This document shows, piece after piece, positions 23,701 to 38,700 of a stretch of DNA of 64,000 nt. A model generated the notes under the pieces. That model was given only the letters and a program-made list of their open reading frames with translations, was not told the DNA's origin and ran no database searches. The DNA is from the human T2T-CHM13v2.0 reference genome, Homo sapiens. The translations under genes and the position numbers were made by a program. The DNA lies in NCBI RefSeq assembly GCF_009914755.1, contig NC_060930.1; one strand, given 5' to 3'. Positions within the stretch are counted from its first letter, which is position 1. Each line of letters begins with the position of its first letter.

Positions 23701-26700
23701 GCATTCAAGTCACAGAGTGCAACATTCCTCTTGGTAGAGCAGTTGGGAAACACTCCTTTTGTAGAATCTGCAATGGGATATTTGGACTTCTTTGAGGCCT
23801 TCGATGGAAACGGGATTTCTTCATATGAATCTAGACAGAAGAATTCTCAGAAACTTCCTTGTGATGTGTGCATTCAACTCAGCGAGTGGCACCTTCCTTT
23901 GGATACAGCAGTTTTGAAACACTGTTTTTGTAGTATTTCCAAGCGGATATTTAGAGCGCCTTGAAGCCTATGCTAGAAATGGAAATAGCTCCCCATAAAA
24001 CCAAGACAGAAGCAATCTCAGAAACTAATGTGTGATGGCTGCATTCCACACACACGGTGGACCATTTCTCTTGATAGAGCAGTTTTGAAACACTCTTTCT
24101 GTAGAATCTGCAAGTGGATAATTGGACCTCCTAGAGGCCTTCGTTGGAAACGGGATTTCTTCATCTAAACCTACAGAGAAGAATTCTCAGTAACTTCTTC
24201 GGATGTGTGCATTCGACGCACAGAATGGAACATTCCCTTTGATAGAGCAGTTTTGAGACACCGTTTTTGTAGAATTCCCAAGTGGATATTTAGAGCACTT
24301 TGAAGTCTCTGCTAGAAAAGGAAACATCTTCATGTAAAAAGTAGATAGAATCGTTCTCAGAAAGTGCTTAGTGACGTGTGCGTTCAACTCACGGAGTTTA
24401 ACGTTTCTTTTGATAGAGCGTTTCTGAAACACCCTTCTTGTAGTAGCTGCAAGTGGATATTTGGACCTATTGGAGGCCTTCTTTGGAAACGGGATTTCTT
24501 CATGTAACTCTAGATTGAAGAGTTCTCAGAAACTCCTTTGTGATGTGTGCATTCAATTCAAAGAGTGAAACCTCCCTTTTCACAGAGCAGTTTTGAAACA
24601 CTGTTTTTGTAGGATTTCCAAGGGGATATTTATAGCGCATTGAGCCTACGGCGGAAAAAGAAACATCTTCCTATAAAAACTAGACAGAATACTTCTCAGA
24701 ATCTGCTTTGCGATGTGTGCGTTCAACTCACAGAGTAAAACTTTTCTTTTGATAGAGCAGTTTTGAAACACTCTTTTTGTAGTATTTGCATGTGTATATT
24801 TAGAGCGCATTGAAGCCCACAGTAGAAAAGGAAATAACTTCACCTAAAACCTAGACAGAAGCAATCTCAGAAACTACTTTGTGATGTGTACATTCAACTC
24901 ACAGAGTGGAACTTTCCTCTTTATAGAGCAGTGTTGAAACACTCTTTTTGTAGAAACTGCAAGTGGATATTTGGACCTCTTTGAGGCCTTCGTTGGAAAC
25001 GGGATTTCTTCCTATAACCCTAGACAGAAGAATTTTCAGAAACCTCATTGTGATGTGTGCGTTCATCTCACAGAGTGGAGTCTTCCGTTTGATAGAGAAG
25101 TTTTGAAACCCTGTTCTTGTAGGATTTCCAAGTGGATATTTAGACCACTTTGAAGCCTATGATAGAAAAGGAAACATCTTCATGGAAAACATAGATAGAA
25201 TCATTCTCAGAAACAACTTTGTGATGTGTACGTTGAACTCACCGTCTTTAACCTTTCTTTTGGTAGAGAAGTTTTGAAACACTCTCTTTGTAAAGTCTAC
25301 AAGTGGATATTTTGAGCCCTTGGAGGCATTCTTTGGAAAAGGGAATGTCTTCACATAAAAGGCAGACGGAAGTGTTCTCAGAAACTGCTTTGTGATGTCT
25401 GTGTTCAACTCACAGAGTTTAACATTTCCTTTGATAGAGCGGTTTAGTAACCCTCTCTTTGTAGAATTTGGAAGTGTATACTAAGAGCGCTTTGAGGCCT
25501 ATGGTAGAAAAGGAAATATCTTTCCATAAAAGCTAGACAGAAGCAATCTCAGAAACTCCTTTGTGATGTCTGCATTCAACTCACCGAGTGGAACATTCCT
25601 CTTGATAGAGCAGTTTGGAAACACTCTTTCTGTAGAATCAGCTTGTTTGTATTTGGACCTCCTTGAGGCCTTCGTTGGAAACGGGTTTTCATCTTATAAA
25701 CCCAGACAGAAGAATTCTCAGAGTCTTCTTTGTGATGTGTGCTTTCAACTCACCGAGATAAAGATTTCTCTTGATAGAGCAATTTGGAAACACTCTTTTT
25801 GTAGAATTTGCAAGGGTACATTGAGAGCGCTTTCAGGCCTATGGTAGAAAAGGGAATATCTTTCCATAAAAGGTAGACAGAAGCAATCTCAGAAACTACT
25901 TTGTGATGTGTGCATTCAACTCACCGAGTGCAACGTTCCTCTTGACCGAGCAGTTTGGAAACATTGTTTCTGTAGAATCTGCAAGTGGATATTTGGACCT
26001 CTTTGAGGCCTTCGTTGGAAACGGGATTTCTTCCTATAAACCCAGACAGAAGAATTCTCAGAGACTTCTTTGTGATGTGTGAATTCAACTCACAGTGTGG
26101 ATCCTTCCTTTTGATAGAGCAGTTTTGAAACCCTGTTTTTGTAGTATTTCCAAGCGGATATTTGGAACGCCTTGAAGCGTATGGTAGAAAAGGAAATATC
26201 TTCCCATAAAACCTAGACAGAACCAATCTCAGAAACGACTTTGTGATGTCTGCATTCAAGTCACAGAGTTGAACATTTCTCTTGATAGAGCAGTTTTGAA
26301 ACCCTCTTTCTGAAGGATCTGCAAGTGGATATTTGGAACTCCTTTGGGTCTTCGTTGGAAACGGGATTTCTTCGTATAAATCTAGACAGAAGAATTCTCC
26401 GAAACTTCTTTGGTTGTGTGCATTCAAGTCACAGAGTGGAACCTTCCTTTGGATAGAGCAGTTTGAAACGCCGTGGTTGTAGTATTTCCAAGCGGATATT
26501 AGAGCGCCTTGAGGCCTATGGTAGAAAAGGAAATATCTTCCCATAAAACCTAGACGGAAGCAATCTCAGAAACTACTGTGTGATGGCTGCATTCCACACA
26601 CACGGTGGAACATTTCTCTTGATAGAGCAGTTTTGAAACACTCTTTCTGTAGAATCTGCAAGTGGATAATTGGACCGCCTTGAGGCCTTCGTTGGAAACG

Positions 26701-29700
26701 GGATTTCTTCATGTTACTCTAGATAGAAGAATTCTCAAACACTGCTATGTGATGTTTGCATTCAAGTCACAGAGTGCAACATTCCTCTTGGTAGAGCAGT
26801 TGGGAAACACTCCTTTTGTAGAATCTGCAATGGGATATTTGGACTTCTTTGAGGCCTTCGTTGGAAACGGGATTTCTTCGTATGAATCTAGACAGAAGAA
26901 TTCTCAGAAACTTCCTTGTGATGTGTGCATTCAACTCAGCGAGTGGCACCTTCCTTTGGATACAGCAGTTTTGAAACACTGTTTTTGTAGTATTTCCAAG
27001 CGGATATTTAGAGCGCCTTGAAGCCTATGCTAGAAATGGAAATAGCTCCCCATAAAACCAAGACAGAAGCAATCTCAGAAACTAATGTGTGATGGCTGCA
27101 TTCCACACACACGGTGGACCATTTCTCTTGATAGAGCAGTTTTGAAACACTCTTTCTGTAGAATCTGCAAGTGGATAATTGGACCTCCTAGAGGCCTTCG
27201 TTGGAAACGGGATTTCTTCATCTAAACCTACAGAGAAGAATTCTCAGTAACTTCTTCGGATGTGTGCATTCGACGCACAGAATGGAACATTCCCTTTGAT
27301 AGAGCAGTTTTGAGACACCGTTTTTGTAGAATTCCCAAGTGGATATTTAGAGCACTTTGAAGTCTCTGCTAGAAAAGGAAACATCTTCATGTAAAAAGTA
27401 GATAGAATCGTTCTCAGAAAGTGCTTAGTGACGTGTGCGTTCAACTCACAGAGTTTAACGTTTCTTTTGATAGAGCGTTTCTGAAACACCCTTCTTGTAG
27501 TAGCTGCAAGTGGATATTTGGACCTATTGGAGGCCTTCTTTGGAAACGGGATTTCTTCATGTAACTCTAGATTGAAGAGTTCTCAGAAACTCCTTTGTGA
27601 TGTGTGCATTCAATTCAAAGAGTGAAACCTCCCTTTTCACAGAGCAGTTTTGAAACACTGTTTTTGTAGGATTTCCAAGGGGATATTTATAGCGCATTGA
27701 GCCTACGGCGGAAAAAGAAACATCTTCCTATAAAAACTAGACAGAATACTTCTCAGAATCTGCTTTGCGATGTGTGCGTTCAACTCACAGAGTAAAACTT
27801 TTCTTTTGATAGAGCAGTTTTGAAACACTCTTTTTGTAGTATTTGCATGTGTATATTTAGAGCGCATTGAAGCCCACAGTAGAAAAGGAAATAACTTCAC
27901 CTAAAACCTAGACAGAAGCAATCTCAGAAACTACTTTGTGATGTGTACATTCAACTCACAGAGTGGAACTTTCCTCTTTATAGAGCAGTGTTGAAACACT
28001 CTTTTTGTAGAAACTGCAAGTGGATATTTGGACCTCTTTGAGGCCTTCGTTGGAAACGGGATTTCTTCCTATAACCCTAGACAGAAGAATTTTCAGAAAC
28101 CTCATTGTGATGTGTGCGTTCATCTCACAGAGTGGAGTCTTCCGTTTGATAGAGAAGTTTTGAAACCCTGTTCTTGTAGGATTTCCAAGTGGATATTTAG
28201 ACCACTTTGAAGCCTATGATAGAAAAGGAAACATCTTCATGGAAAACATAGATAGAATCATTCTCAGAAACAACTTTGTGATGTGTGCGTTGAACTCACC
28301 GTCTTTAACCTTTCTTTTGGTAGAGAAGTTTTGAAACACTCTCTTTGTAAAGTCTACAAGTGGATATTTTGAGCCCTTGGAGGCATTCTTTGGAAAAGGG
28401 AATGTCTTCACATAAAAGGCAGACGGAAGTGTTCTCAGAAACTGCTTTGTGATGTCTGTGTTCAACTCACAGAGTTTAACATTTCCTTTGATAGAGCGGT
28501 TTAGTAACCCTCTCTTTGTAGAATTTGGAAGTGTATACTAAGAGCGCTTTGAGGCCTATGGTAGAAAAGGAAATATCTTTCCATAAAAGCTAGACAGAAG
28601 CAATCTCAGAAACTCCTTTGTGATGTCTGCATTCAACTCACCGAGTGGAACATTCCTCTTGATAGAGCAGTTTGGAAACACTCTTTCTGTAGAATCAGCT
28701 TGTTTGTATTTGGACCTCCTTGAGGCCTTCGTTGGAAACGGGTTTTCATCTTATAAACCCAGACAGAAGAATTCTCAGAGTCTTCTTTGTGATGTGTGCT
28801 TTCAACTCACCGAGATAAAGATTTCTCTTGATAGAGCAATTTGGAAACACTCTTTTTGTAGAATTTGCAAGGGTACATTGAGAGCGCTTTCAGGCCTATG
28901 GTAGAAAAGGGAATATCTTTCCATAAAAGGTAGACAGAAGCAATCTCAGAAACTACTTTGTGATGTGTGCATTCAACTCACCGAGTGCAACGTTCCTCTT
29001 GACCGAGCAGTTTGGAAACATTGTTTCTGTAGAATCTGCAAGTGGATATTTGGACCTCTTTGAGGCCTTCGTTGGAAACGGGATTTCTTCCTATAAACCC
29101 AGACAGAAGAATTCTCAGAGACTTCTTTGTGATGTGTGAATTCAACTCACAGTGTGGATCCTTCCTTTTGATAGAGCAGTTTTGAAACCCTGTTTTTGTA
29201 GTATTTCCAAGCGGATATTTGGAACGCCTTGAAGCGTATGGTAGAAAAGGAAATATCTTCCCATAAAACCTAGACAGAACCAATCTCAGAAACGAATTTG
29301 TGATGTCTGCATTCAAGTCACAGAGTTGAACATTTCTCTTGATAGAGCAGTTTTGAAACCCTCTTTCTGAAGGATCTGCAAGTGGATATTTGGAACTCCT
29401 TTGGGTCTTCGTTGGAAACGGGATTTCTTCGTATAAATCTAGACAGAAGAATTCTCCGAAACTTCTTTGGTTGTGTGCATTCAAGTCACAGAGTGGAACC
29501 TTCCTTTGGATAGAGCAGTTTGAAACGCCGTGGTTGTAGTATTTCCAAGCGGATATTAGAGTGCCTTGAGGCCTATGGTAGAAAAGGAAATATCTTCCCA
29601 TAAAACCTAGACGGAAGCAATCTCAGAAACTACTGTGTGATGGCTGCATTCCACACACACGGTGGAACATTTCTCTTGATAGAGCAGTTTTGAAACACTC

Positions 29701-32700
29701 TTTCTGTAGAATCTGCAAGTGGATAATTGGACCGCCTTGAGGCCTTCGTTGGAAACGGGATTTCTTCATGTTACTCTAGATAGAAGAATTCTCAAACACT
29801 GCTATGTGATGTTTGCATTCAAGTCACAGAGTGCAACATTCCTCTTGGTAGAGCAGTTGGGAAACACTCCTTTTGTAGAATCTGCAATGGGATATTTGGA
29901 CTTCTTTGAGGCCTTCGTTGGAAACGGGATTTCTTCGTATGAATCTAGACAGAAGAATTCTCAGAAACTTCCTTGTGATGTGTGCATTCAACTCAGCGAG
30001 TGGCACCTTCCTTTGGATACAGCAGTTTTGAAACACTGTTTTTGTAGTATTTCCAAGCGGATATTTAGAGCGCCTTGAAGCCTATGCTAGAAATGGAAAT
30101 AGCTCCCCATAAAACCAAGACAGAAGCAATCTCAGAAACTAATGTGTGATGGCTGCATTCCACACACACGGTGGACCATTTCTCTTGATAGAGCAGTTTT
30201 GAAACACTCTTTCTGTAGAATCTGCAAGTGGATAATTGGACCTCCTAGAGGCCTTCGTTGGAAACGGGATTTCTTCATCTAAACCTACAGAGAAGAATTC
30301 TCAGTAACTTCTTCGGATGTGTGCATTCGACGCACAGAATGGAACATTCCCTTTGATAGAGCAGTTTTGAGACACCGTTTTTGTAGAATTCCCAAGTGGA
30401 TATTTAGAGCACTTTGAAGTCTCTGCTAGAAAAGGAAACATCTTCATGTAAAAAGTAGATAGAATCGTTCTCAGAAAGTGCTTAGTGACGTGTGCGTTCA
30501 ACTCACAGAGTTTAACGTTTCTTTTGATAGAGCGTTTCTGAAACACCCTTCTTGTAGTAGCTGCAAGTGGATATTTGGACCTATTGGAGGCCTTCTTTGG
30601 AAATGGGATTTCTTCATGTAACTCTAGATTGAAGAGTTCTCAGAAACTCCTTTGTGATGTGTGCATTCAATTCAAAGAGTGAAACCTCCCTTTTCACAGA
30701 GCAGTTTTGAAACACTGTTTTTGTAGGATTTCCAAGGGGATATTTATAGCGCATTGAGCCTACGGCGGAAAAAGAAACATCTTCCTATAAAAACTAGACA
30801 GAATACTTCTCAGAATCTGCTTTGCGATGTGTGCGTTCAACTCACAGAGTAAAACTTTTCTTTTGATAGAGCAGTTTTGAAACACTCTTTTTGTAGTATT
30901 TGCATGTGTATATTTAGAGCGCATTGAAGCCCACAGTAGAAAAGGAAATAACTTCACCTAAAACCTAGACAGAAGCAATCTCAGAAACTACTTTGTGATG
31001 TGTACATTCAACTCACAGAGTGGAACTTTCCTCTTTATAGAGCAGTGTTGAAACACTCTTTTTGTAGAAACTGCAAGTGGATATTTGGACCTCTTTGAGG
31101 CCTTCGTTGGAAACGGGATTTCTTCCTATAACCCTAGACAGAAGAATTTTCAGAAACCTCATTGTGATGTGTGCGTTCATCTCACAGAGTGGAGTCTTCC
31201 GTTTGATAGAGAAGTTTTGAAACCCTGTTCTTGTAGGATTTCCAAGTGGATATTTAGACCACTTTGAAGCCTATGATAGAAAAGGAAACATCTTCATGGA
31301 AAACATAGATAGAATCATCCTCAGAAACAACTTTGTGATGTGTGCGTTGAACTCACCGTCTTTAACCTTTCTTTTGGTAGAGAAGTTTTGAAACACTCTC
31401 TTTGTAAAGTCTACAAGTGGATATTTTGAGCCCTTGGAGGCATTCTTTGGAAAAGGGAATGTCTTCACATAAAAGGCAGACGGAAGTGTTCTCAGAAACT
31501 GCTTTGTGATGTCTGTGTTCAACTCACAGAGTTTAACATTTCCTTTGATAGAGCGGTTTAGTAACCCTCTCTTTGTAGAATTTGGAAGTGTATACTAAGA
31601 GCGCTTTGAGGCCTATGGTAGAAAAGGAAATATCTTTCCATAAAAGCTAGACAGAAGCAATCTCAGAAACTCCTTTGTGATGTCTGCATTCAACTCACCG
31701 AGTGGAACATTCCTCTTGATAGAGCAGTTTGGAAACACTCTTTCTGTAGAATCAGCTTGTTTGTATTTGGACCTCCTTGAGGCCTTCGTTGGAAACGGGT
31801 TTTCATCTTATAAACCCAGACAGAAGAATTCTCAGAGTCTTCTTTGTGATGTGTGCTTTCAACTCACCGAGATAAAGATTTCTCTTGATAGAGCAATTTG
31901 GAAACACTCTTTTTGTAGAATTTGCAAGGGTACATTGAGAGCGCTTTCAGGCCTATGGTAGAAAAGGGAATATCTTTCCATAAAAGGTAGACAGAAGCAA
32001 TCTCAGAAACTACTTTGTGATGTGTGCATTCAACTCACCGAGTGCAACGTTCCTCTTGACCGAGCAGTTTGGAAACATTGTTTCTGTAGAATCTGCAAGT
32101 GGATATTTGGACCTCTTTGAGGCCTTCGTTGGAAACGGGATTTCTTCCTATAAACCCAGACAGAAGAATTCTCAGAGACTTCTTTGTGATGTGTGAATTC
32201 AACTCACAGTGTGGATCCTTCCTTTTGATAGAGCAGTTTTGAAACCCTGTTTTTGTAGTATTTCCAAGCGGATATTTGGAACGCCTTGAAGCGTATGGTA
32301 GAAAAGGAAATATCTTCCCATAAAACCTAGACAGAACCAATCTCAGAAACGAATTTGTGATGTCTGCATTCAAGTCACAGAGTTGAACATTTCTCTTGAT
32401 AGAGCAGTTTTGAAACCCTCTTTCTGAAGGATCTGCAAGTGGATATTTGGAACTCCTTTGGGTCTTCGTTGGAAACGGGATTTCTTCGTATAAATCTAGA
32501 CAGAAGAATTCTCCGAAACTTCTTTGGTTGTGTGCATTCAAGTCACAGAGTGGAACCTTCCTTTGGATAGAGCAGTTTGAAACGCCGTGGTTGTAGTATT
32601 TCCAAGCGGATATTAGAGTGCCTTGAGGCCTATGGTAGAAAAGGAAATATCTTCCCATAAAACCTAGACGGAAGCAATCTCAGAAACTACTGTGTGATGG

Positions 32701-35700
32701 CTGCATTCCACACACACGGTGGAACATTTCTCTTGATAGAGCAGTTTTGAAACACTCTTTCTGTAGAATCTGCAAGTGGATAATTGGACCGCCTTGAGGC
32801 CTTCGTTGGAAACGGGATTTCTTCATGTTACTCTAGATAGAAGAATTCTCAAACACTGCTATGTGATGTTTGCATTCAAGTCACAGAGTGCAACATTCCT
32901 CTTGGTAGAGCAGTTGGGAAACACTCCTTTTGTAGAATCTGCAATGGGATATTTGGACTTCTTTGAGGCCTTCGTTGGAAACGGGATTTCTTCGTATGAA
33001 TCTAGACAGAAGAATTCTCAGAAACTTCCTTGTGATGTGTGCATTCAACTCAGCGAGTGGCACCTTCCTTTGGATACAGCAGTTTTGAAACACTGTTTTT
33101 GTAGTATTTCCAAGCGGATATTTAGAGCGCCTTGAAGCCTATGCTAGAAATGGAAATAGCTCCCCATAAAACCAAGACAGAAGCAATCTCAGAAACTAAT
33201 GTGTGATGGCTGCATTCCACACACACGGTGGACCATTTCTCTTGATAGAGCAGTTTTGAAACACTCTTTCTGTAGAATCTGCAAGTGGATAATTGGACCT
33301 CCTAGAGGCCTTCGTTGGAAACGGGATTTCTTCATCTAAACCTACAGAGAAGAATTCTCAGTAACTTCTTCGGATGTGTGCATTCGACGCACAGAATGGA
33401 ACATTCCCTTTGATAGAGCAGTTTTGAGACACCGTTTTTGTAGAATTCCCAAGTGGATATTTAGAGCACTTTGAAGTCTCTGCTAGAAAAGGAAACATCT
33501 TCATGTAAAAAGTAGATAGAATCGTTCTCAGAAAGTGCTTAGTGACGTGTGCGTTCAACTCACAGAGTTTAACGTTTCTTTTGATAGAGCGTTTCTGAAA
33601 CACCCTTCTTGTAGTAGCTGCAAGTGGATATTTGGACCTATTGGAGGCCTTCTTTGGAAATGGGATTTCTTCATGTAACTCTAGATTGAAGAGTTCTCAG
33701 AAACTCCTTTGTGATGTGTGCATTCAATTCAAAGAGTGAAACCTCCCTTTTCACAGAGCAGTTTTGAAACACTGTTTTTGTAGGATTTCCAAGGGGATAT
33801 TTATAGCGCATTGAGCCTACGGCGGAAAAAGAAACATCTTCCTATAAAAACTAGACAGAATACTTCTCAGAATCTGCTTTGCGATGTGTGCGTTCAACTC
33901 ACAGAGTAAAACTTTTCTTTTGATAGAGCAGTTTTGAAACACTCTTTTTGTAGTATTTGCATGTGTATATTTAGAGCGCATTGAAGCCCACAGTAGAAAA
34001 GGAAATAACTTCACCTAAAACCTAGACAGAAGCAATCTCAGAAACTACTTTGTGATGTGTACATTCAACTCACAGAGTGGAACTTTCCTCTTTATAGAGC
34101 AGTGTTGAAACACTCTTTTTGTAGAAACTGCAAGTGGATATTTGGACCTCTTTGAGGCCTTCGTTGGAAACGGGATTTCTTCCTATAACCCTAGACAGAA
34201 GAATTTTCAGAAACCTCATTGTGATGTGTGCGTTCATCTCACAGAGTGGAGTCTTCCGTTTGATAGAGAAGTTTTGAAACCCTGTTCTTGTAGGATTTCC
34301 AAGTGGATATTTAGACCACTTTGAAGCCTATGATAGAAAAGGAAACATCTTCATGGAAAACATAGATAGAATCATCCTCAGAAACAACTTTGTGATGTGT
34401 GCGTTGAACTCACCGTCTTTAACCTTTCTTTTGGTAGAGAAGTTTTGAAACACTCTCTTTGTAAAGTCTACAAGTGGATATTTTGAGCCCTTGGAGGCAT
34501 TCTTTGGAAAAGGGAATGTCTTCACATAAAAGGCAGACGGAAGTGTTCTCAGAAACTGCTTTGTGATGTCTGTGTTCAACTCACAGAGTTTAACATTTCC
34601 TTTGATAGAGCGGTTTAGTAACCCTCTCTTTGTAGAATTTGGAAGTGTATACTAAGAGCGCTTTGAGGCCTATGGTAGAAAAGGAAATATCTTTCCATAA
34701 AAGCTAGACAGAAGCAATCTCAGAAACTCCTCTGTGATGTCTGCATTCAACTCACCGAGTGGAACATTCCTCTTGAGAGAGCAGTTTGGAAACACTCTTT
34801 CTGTAGAATCAGCTTGTTTGTATTTGGACCTCCTTGAGGCCTTCGTTGGAAACGGGTTTTCATCTTATAAACCCAGACAGAAGAATTCTCAGAGTCTTCT
34901 TTGTGATGTGTGCTTTCAACTCACCGAGATAAAGATTTCTCTTGATAGAGCAATTTGGAAACACTCTTTTTGTAGAATTTGCAAGGGTACATTGAGAGCG
35001 CTTTCAGGCCTATGGTAGAAAAGGGAATATCTTTCCATAAAAGGTAGACAGAAGCAATCTCAGAAACTACTTTGTGATGTGTGCATTCAACTCACCGAGT
35101 GCAACGTTCCTCTTGACCGAGCAGTTTGGAAACATTGTTTCTGTAGAATCTGCAAGTGGATATTTGGACCTCTTTGAGGCCTTCGTTGGAAACGGGATTT
35201 CTTCCTATAAACCCAGACAGAAGAATTCTCAGAGACTTCTTTGTGATGTGTGAATTCAACTCACAGTGTGGATCCTTCCTTTTGATAGAGCAGTTTTGAA
35301 ACCCTGTTTTTGTAGTATTTCCAAGCGGATATTTGGAACGCCTTGAAGCGTATGGTAGAAAAGGAAATATCTTCCCATAAAACCTAGACAGAACCAATCT
35401 CAGAAACGACTTTGTGATGTCTGCATTCAAGTCACAGAGTTGAACATTTCTCTTGATAGAGCAGTTTTGAAACCCTCTTTCTGAAGGATCTGCAAGTGGA
35501 TATTTGGAACTCCTTTGGGTCTTCGTTGGAAACGGGATTTCTTCGTATAAATCTAGACAGAAGAATTCTCCGAAACTTCTTTGGTTGTGTGCATTCAAGT
35601 CACAGAGTGGAACCTTCCTTTGGATAGAGCAGTTTGAAACGCCGTGGTTGTAGTATTTCCAAGCGGATATTAGAGCGCCTTGAGGCCTATGGTAGAAAAG

Positions 35701-38700
35701 GAAATATCTTCCCATAAAACCTAGACGGAAGCAATCTCAGAAACTACTGTGTGATGGCTGCATTCCACACACACGGTGGAACATTTCTCTTGATAGAGCA
35801 GTTTTGAAACACTCTTTCTGTAGAATCTGCAAGTGGATAATTGGACCGCCTTGAGGCCTTCGTTGGAAACGGGATTTCTTCATGTTACTCTAGATAGAAG
35901 AATTCTCAAACACTGCTATGTGATGTTTGCATTCAAGTCACAGAGTGCAACATTCCTCTTGGTAGAGCAGTTGGGAAACACTCCTTTTGTAGAATCTGCA
36001 ATGGGATATTTGGACTTCTTTGAGGCCTTCGTTGGAAACGGGATTTCTTCGTATGAATCTAGACAGAAGAATTCTCAGAAACTTCCTTGTGATGTGTGCA
36101 TTCAACTCAGCGAGTGGCACCTTCCTTTGGATACAGCAGTTTTGAAACACTGTTTTTGTAGTATTTCCAAGCGGATATTTAGAGCGCCTTGAAGCCTATG
36201 CTAGAAATGGAAATATCTCCCCATAAAACCAAGACAGAAGCAATCTCAGAAACTAATGTGTGATGGCTGCATTCCACACACACGGTGGACCATTTCTCTT
36301 GATAGAGCAGTTTTGAAACACTCTTTCTGTAGAATCTGCAAGTGGATAATTGGACCTCCTAGAGGCCTTCGTTGGAAACGGGATTTCTTCATCTAAACCT
36401 ACAGAGAAGAATTCTCAGTAACTTCTTCGGATGTGTGCATTCGACGCACAGAATGGAACATTCCCTTTGATAGAGCAGTTTTGAGACACCGTTTTTGTAG
36501 AATTCCCAAGTGGATATTTAGAGCACTTTGAAGTCTCTGCTAGAAAAGGAAACATCTTCATGTAAAAAGTAGATAGAATCGTTCTCAGAAAGTGCTTAGT
36601 GACGTGTGCGTTCAACTCACAGAGTTTAACGTTTCTTTTGATAGAGCGTTTCTGAAACACCCTTCTTGTAGTAGCTGCAAGTGGATATTTGGACCTATTG
36701 GAGGCCTTCTTTGGAAATGGGATTTTTTCATGTAACTCTAGATTGAAGAGTTCTCAGAAACTCCTTTGTGATGTGTGCATTCAATTCAAAGAGTGAAACC
36801 TCCCTTTTCACAGAGCAGTTTTGAAACACTGTTTTTGTAGGATTTCCAAGGGGATATTTATAGCGCATTGAGCCTACGGCGGAAAAAGAAACATCTTCCT
36901 ATAAAAACTAGACAGAATACTTCTCAGAATCTGCTTTGCGATGTGTGCGTTCAACTCACAGAGTAAAACTTTTCTTTTGATAGAGCAGTTTTGAAACACT
37001 CTTTTTGTAGTATTTGCATGTGTATATTTAGAGCGCATTGAAGCCCACAGTAGAAAAGGAAATAACTTCACCTAAAACCTAGACAGAAGCAATCTCAGAA
37101 ACTACTTTGTGATGTGTACATTCAACTCACAGAGTGGAACTTTCCTCTTTATAGAGCAGTGTTGAAACACTCTTTTTGTAGAAACTGCAAGTGGATATTT
37201 GGACCTCTTTGAGGCCTTCGTTGGAAACGGGATTTCTTCCTATAACCCTAGACAGAAGAATTTTCAGAAACCTCATTGTGATGTGTGCGTTCATCTCACA
37301 GAGTGGAGTCTTCCGTTTGATAGAGAAGTTTTGAAACCCTGTTCTTGTAGGATTTCCAAGTGGATATTTAGACCACTTTGAAGCCTATGATAGAAAAGGA
37401 AACATCTTCATGGAAAACATAGATAGAATCATTCTCAGAAACAACTTTGTGATGTGTGCGTTGAACTCACCGTCTTTAACCTTTCTTTTGGTAGAGAAGT
37501 TTTGAAACACTCTCTTTGTAAAGTCTACAAGTGGATATTTTGAGCCCTTGGAGGCATTCTTTGGAAAAGGGAATGTCTTCACATAAAAGGCAGACGGAAG
37601 TGTTCTCAGAAACTGCTTTGTGATGTCTGTGTTCAACTCACAGAGTTTAACATTTCCTTTGATAGAGCGGTTTAGTAACCCTCTCTTTGTAGAATTTGGA
37701 AGTGTATACTAAGAGCGCTTTGAGGCCTATGGTAGAAAAGGAAATATCTTTCCATAAAAGCTAGACAGAAGCAATCTCAGAAACTCCTTTGTGATGTCTG
37801 CATTCAACTCACCGAGTGGAACATTCCTCTTGAGAGAGCAGTTTGGAAACACTCTTTCTGTAGAATCAGCTTGTTTGTATTTGGACCTCCTTGAGGCCTT
37901 CGTTGGAAACGGGTTTTCATCTTATAAACCCAGACAGAAGAATTCTCAGAGTCTTCTTTGTGATGTGTGCTTTCAACTCACCGAGATAAAGATTTCTCTT
38001 GATAGAGCAATTTGGAAACACTCTTTTTGTAGAATTTGCAAGGGTACATTGAGAGCGCTTTCAGGCCTATGGTAGAAAAGGGAATATCTTTCCATAAAAG
38101 GTAGACAGAAGCAATCTCAGAAACTACTTTGTGATGTGTGCATTCAACTCACCGAGTGCAACGTTCCTCTTGACCGAGCAGTTTGGAAACATTGTTTCTG
38201 TAGAATCTGCAAGTGGATATTTGGACCTCTTTGAGGCCTTCGTTGGAAACGGGATTTCTTCCTATAAACCCAGACAGAAGAATTCTCAGAGACTTCTTTG
38301 TGATGTGTGAATTCAACTCACAGTGTGGATCCTTCCTTTTGATAGAGCAGTTTTGAAACCCTGTTTTTGTAGTATTTCCAAGCGGATATTTGGAACGCCT
38401 TGAAGCGTATGGTAGAAAAGGAAATATCTTCCCATAAAACCTAGACAGAACCAATCTCAGAAACGACTTTGTGATGTCTGCATTCAAGTCACAGAGTTGA
38501 ACATTTCTCTTGATAGAGCAGTTTTGAAACCCTCTTTCTGAAGGATCTGCAAGTGGATATTTGGAACTCCTTTGGGTCTTCGTTGGAAACGGGATTTCTT
38601 CGTATAAATCTAGACAGAAGAATTCTCCGAAACTTCTTTGGTTGTGTGCATTCAAGTCACAGAGTGGAACCTTCCTTTGGATAGAGCAGTTTGAAACGCC

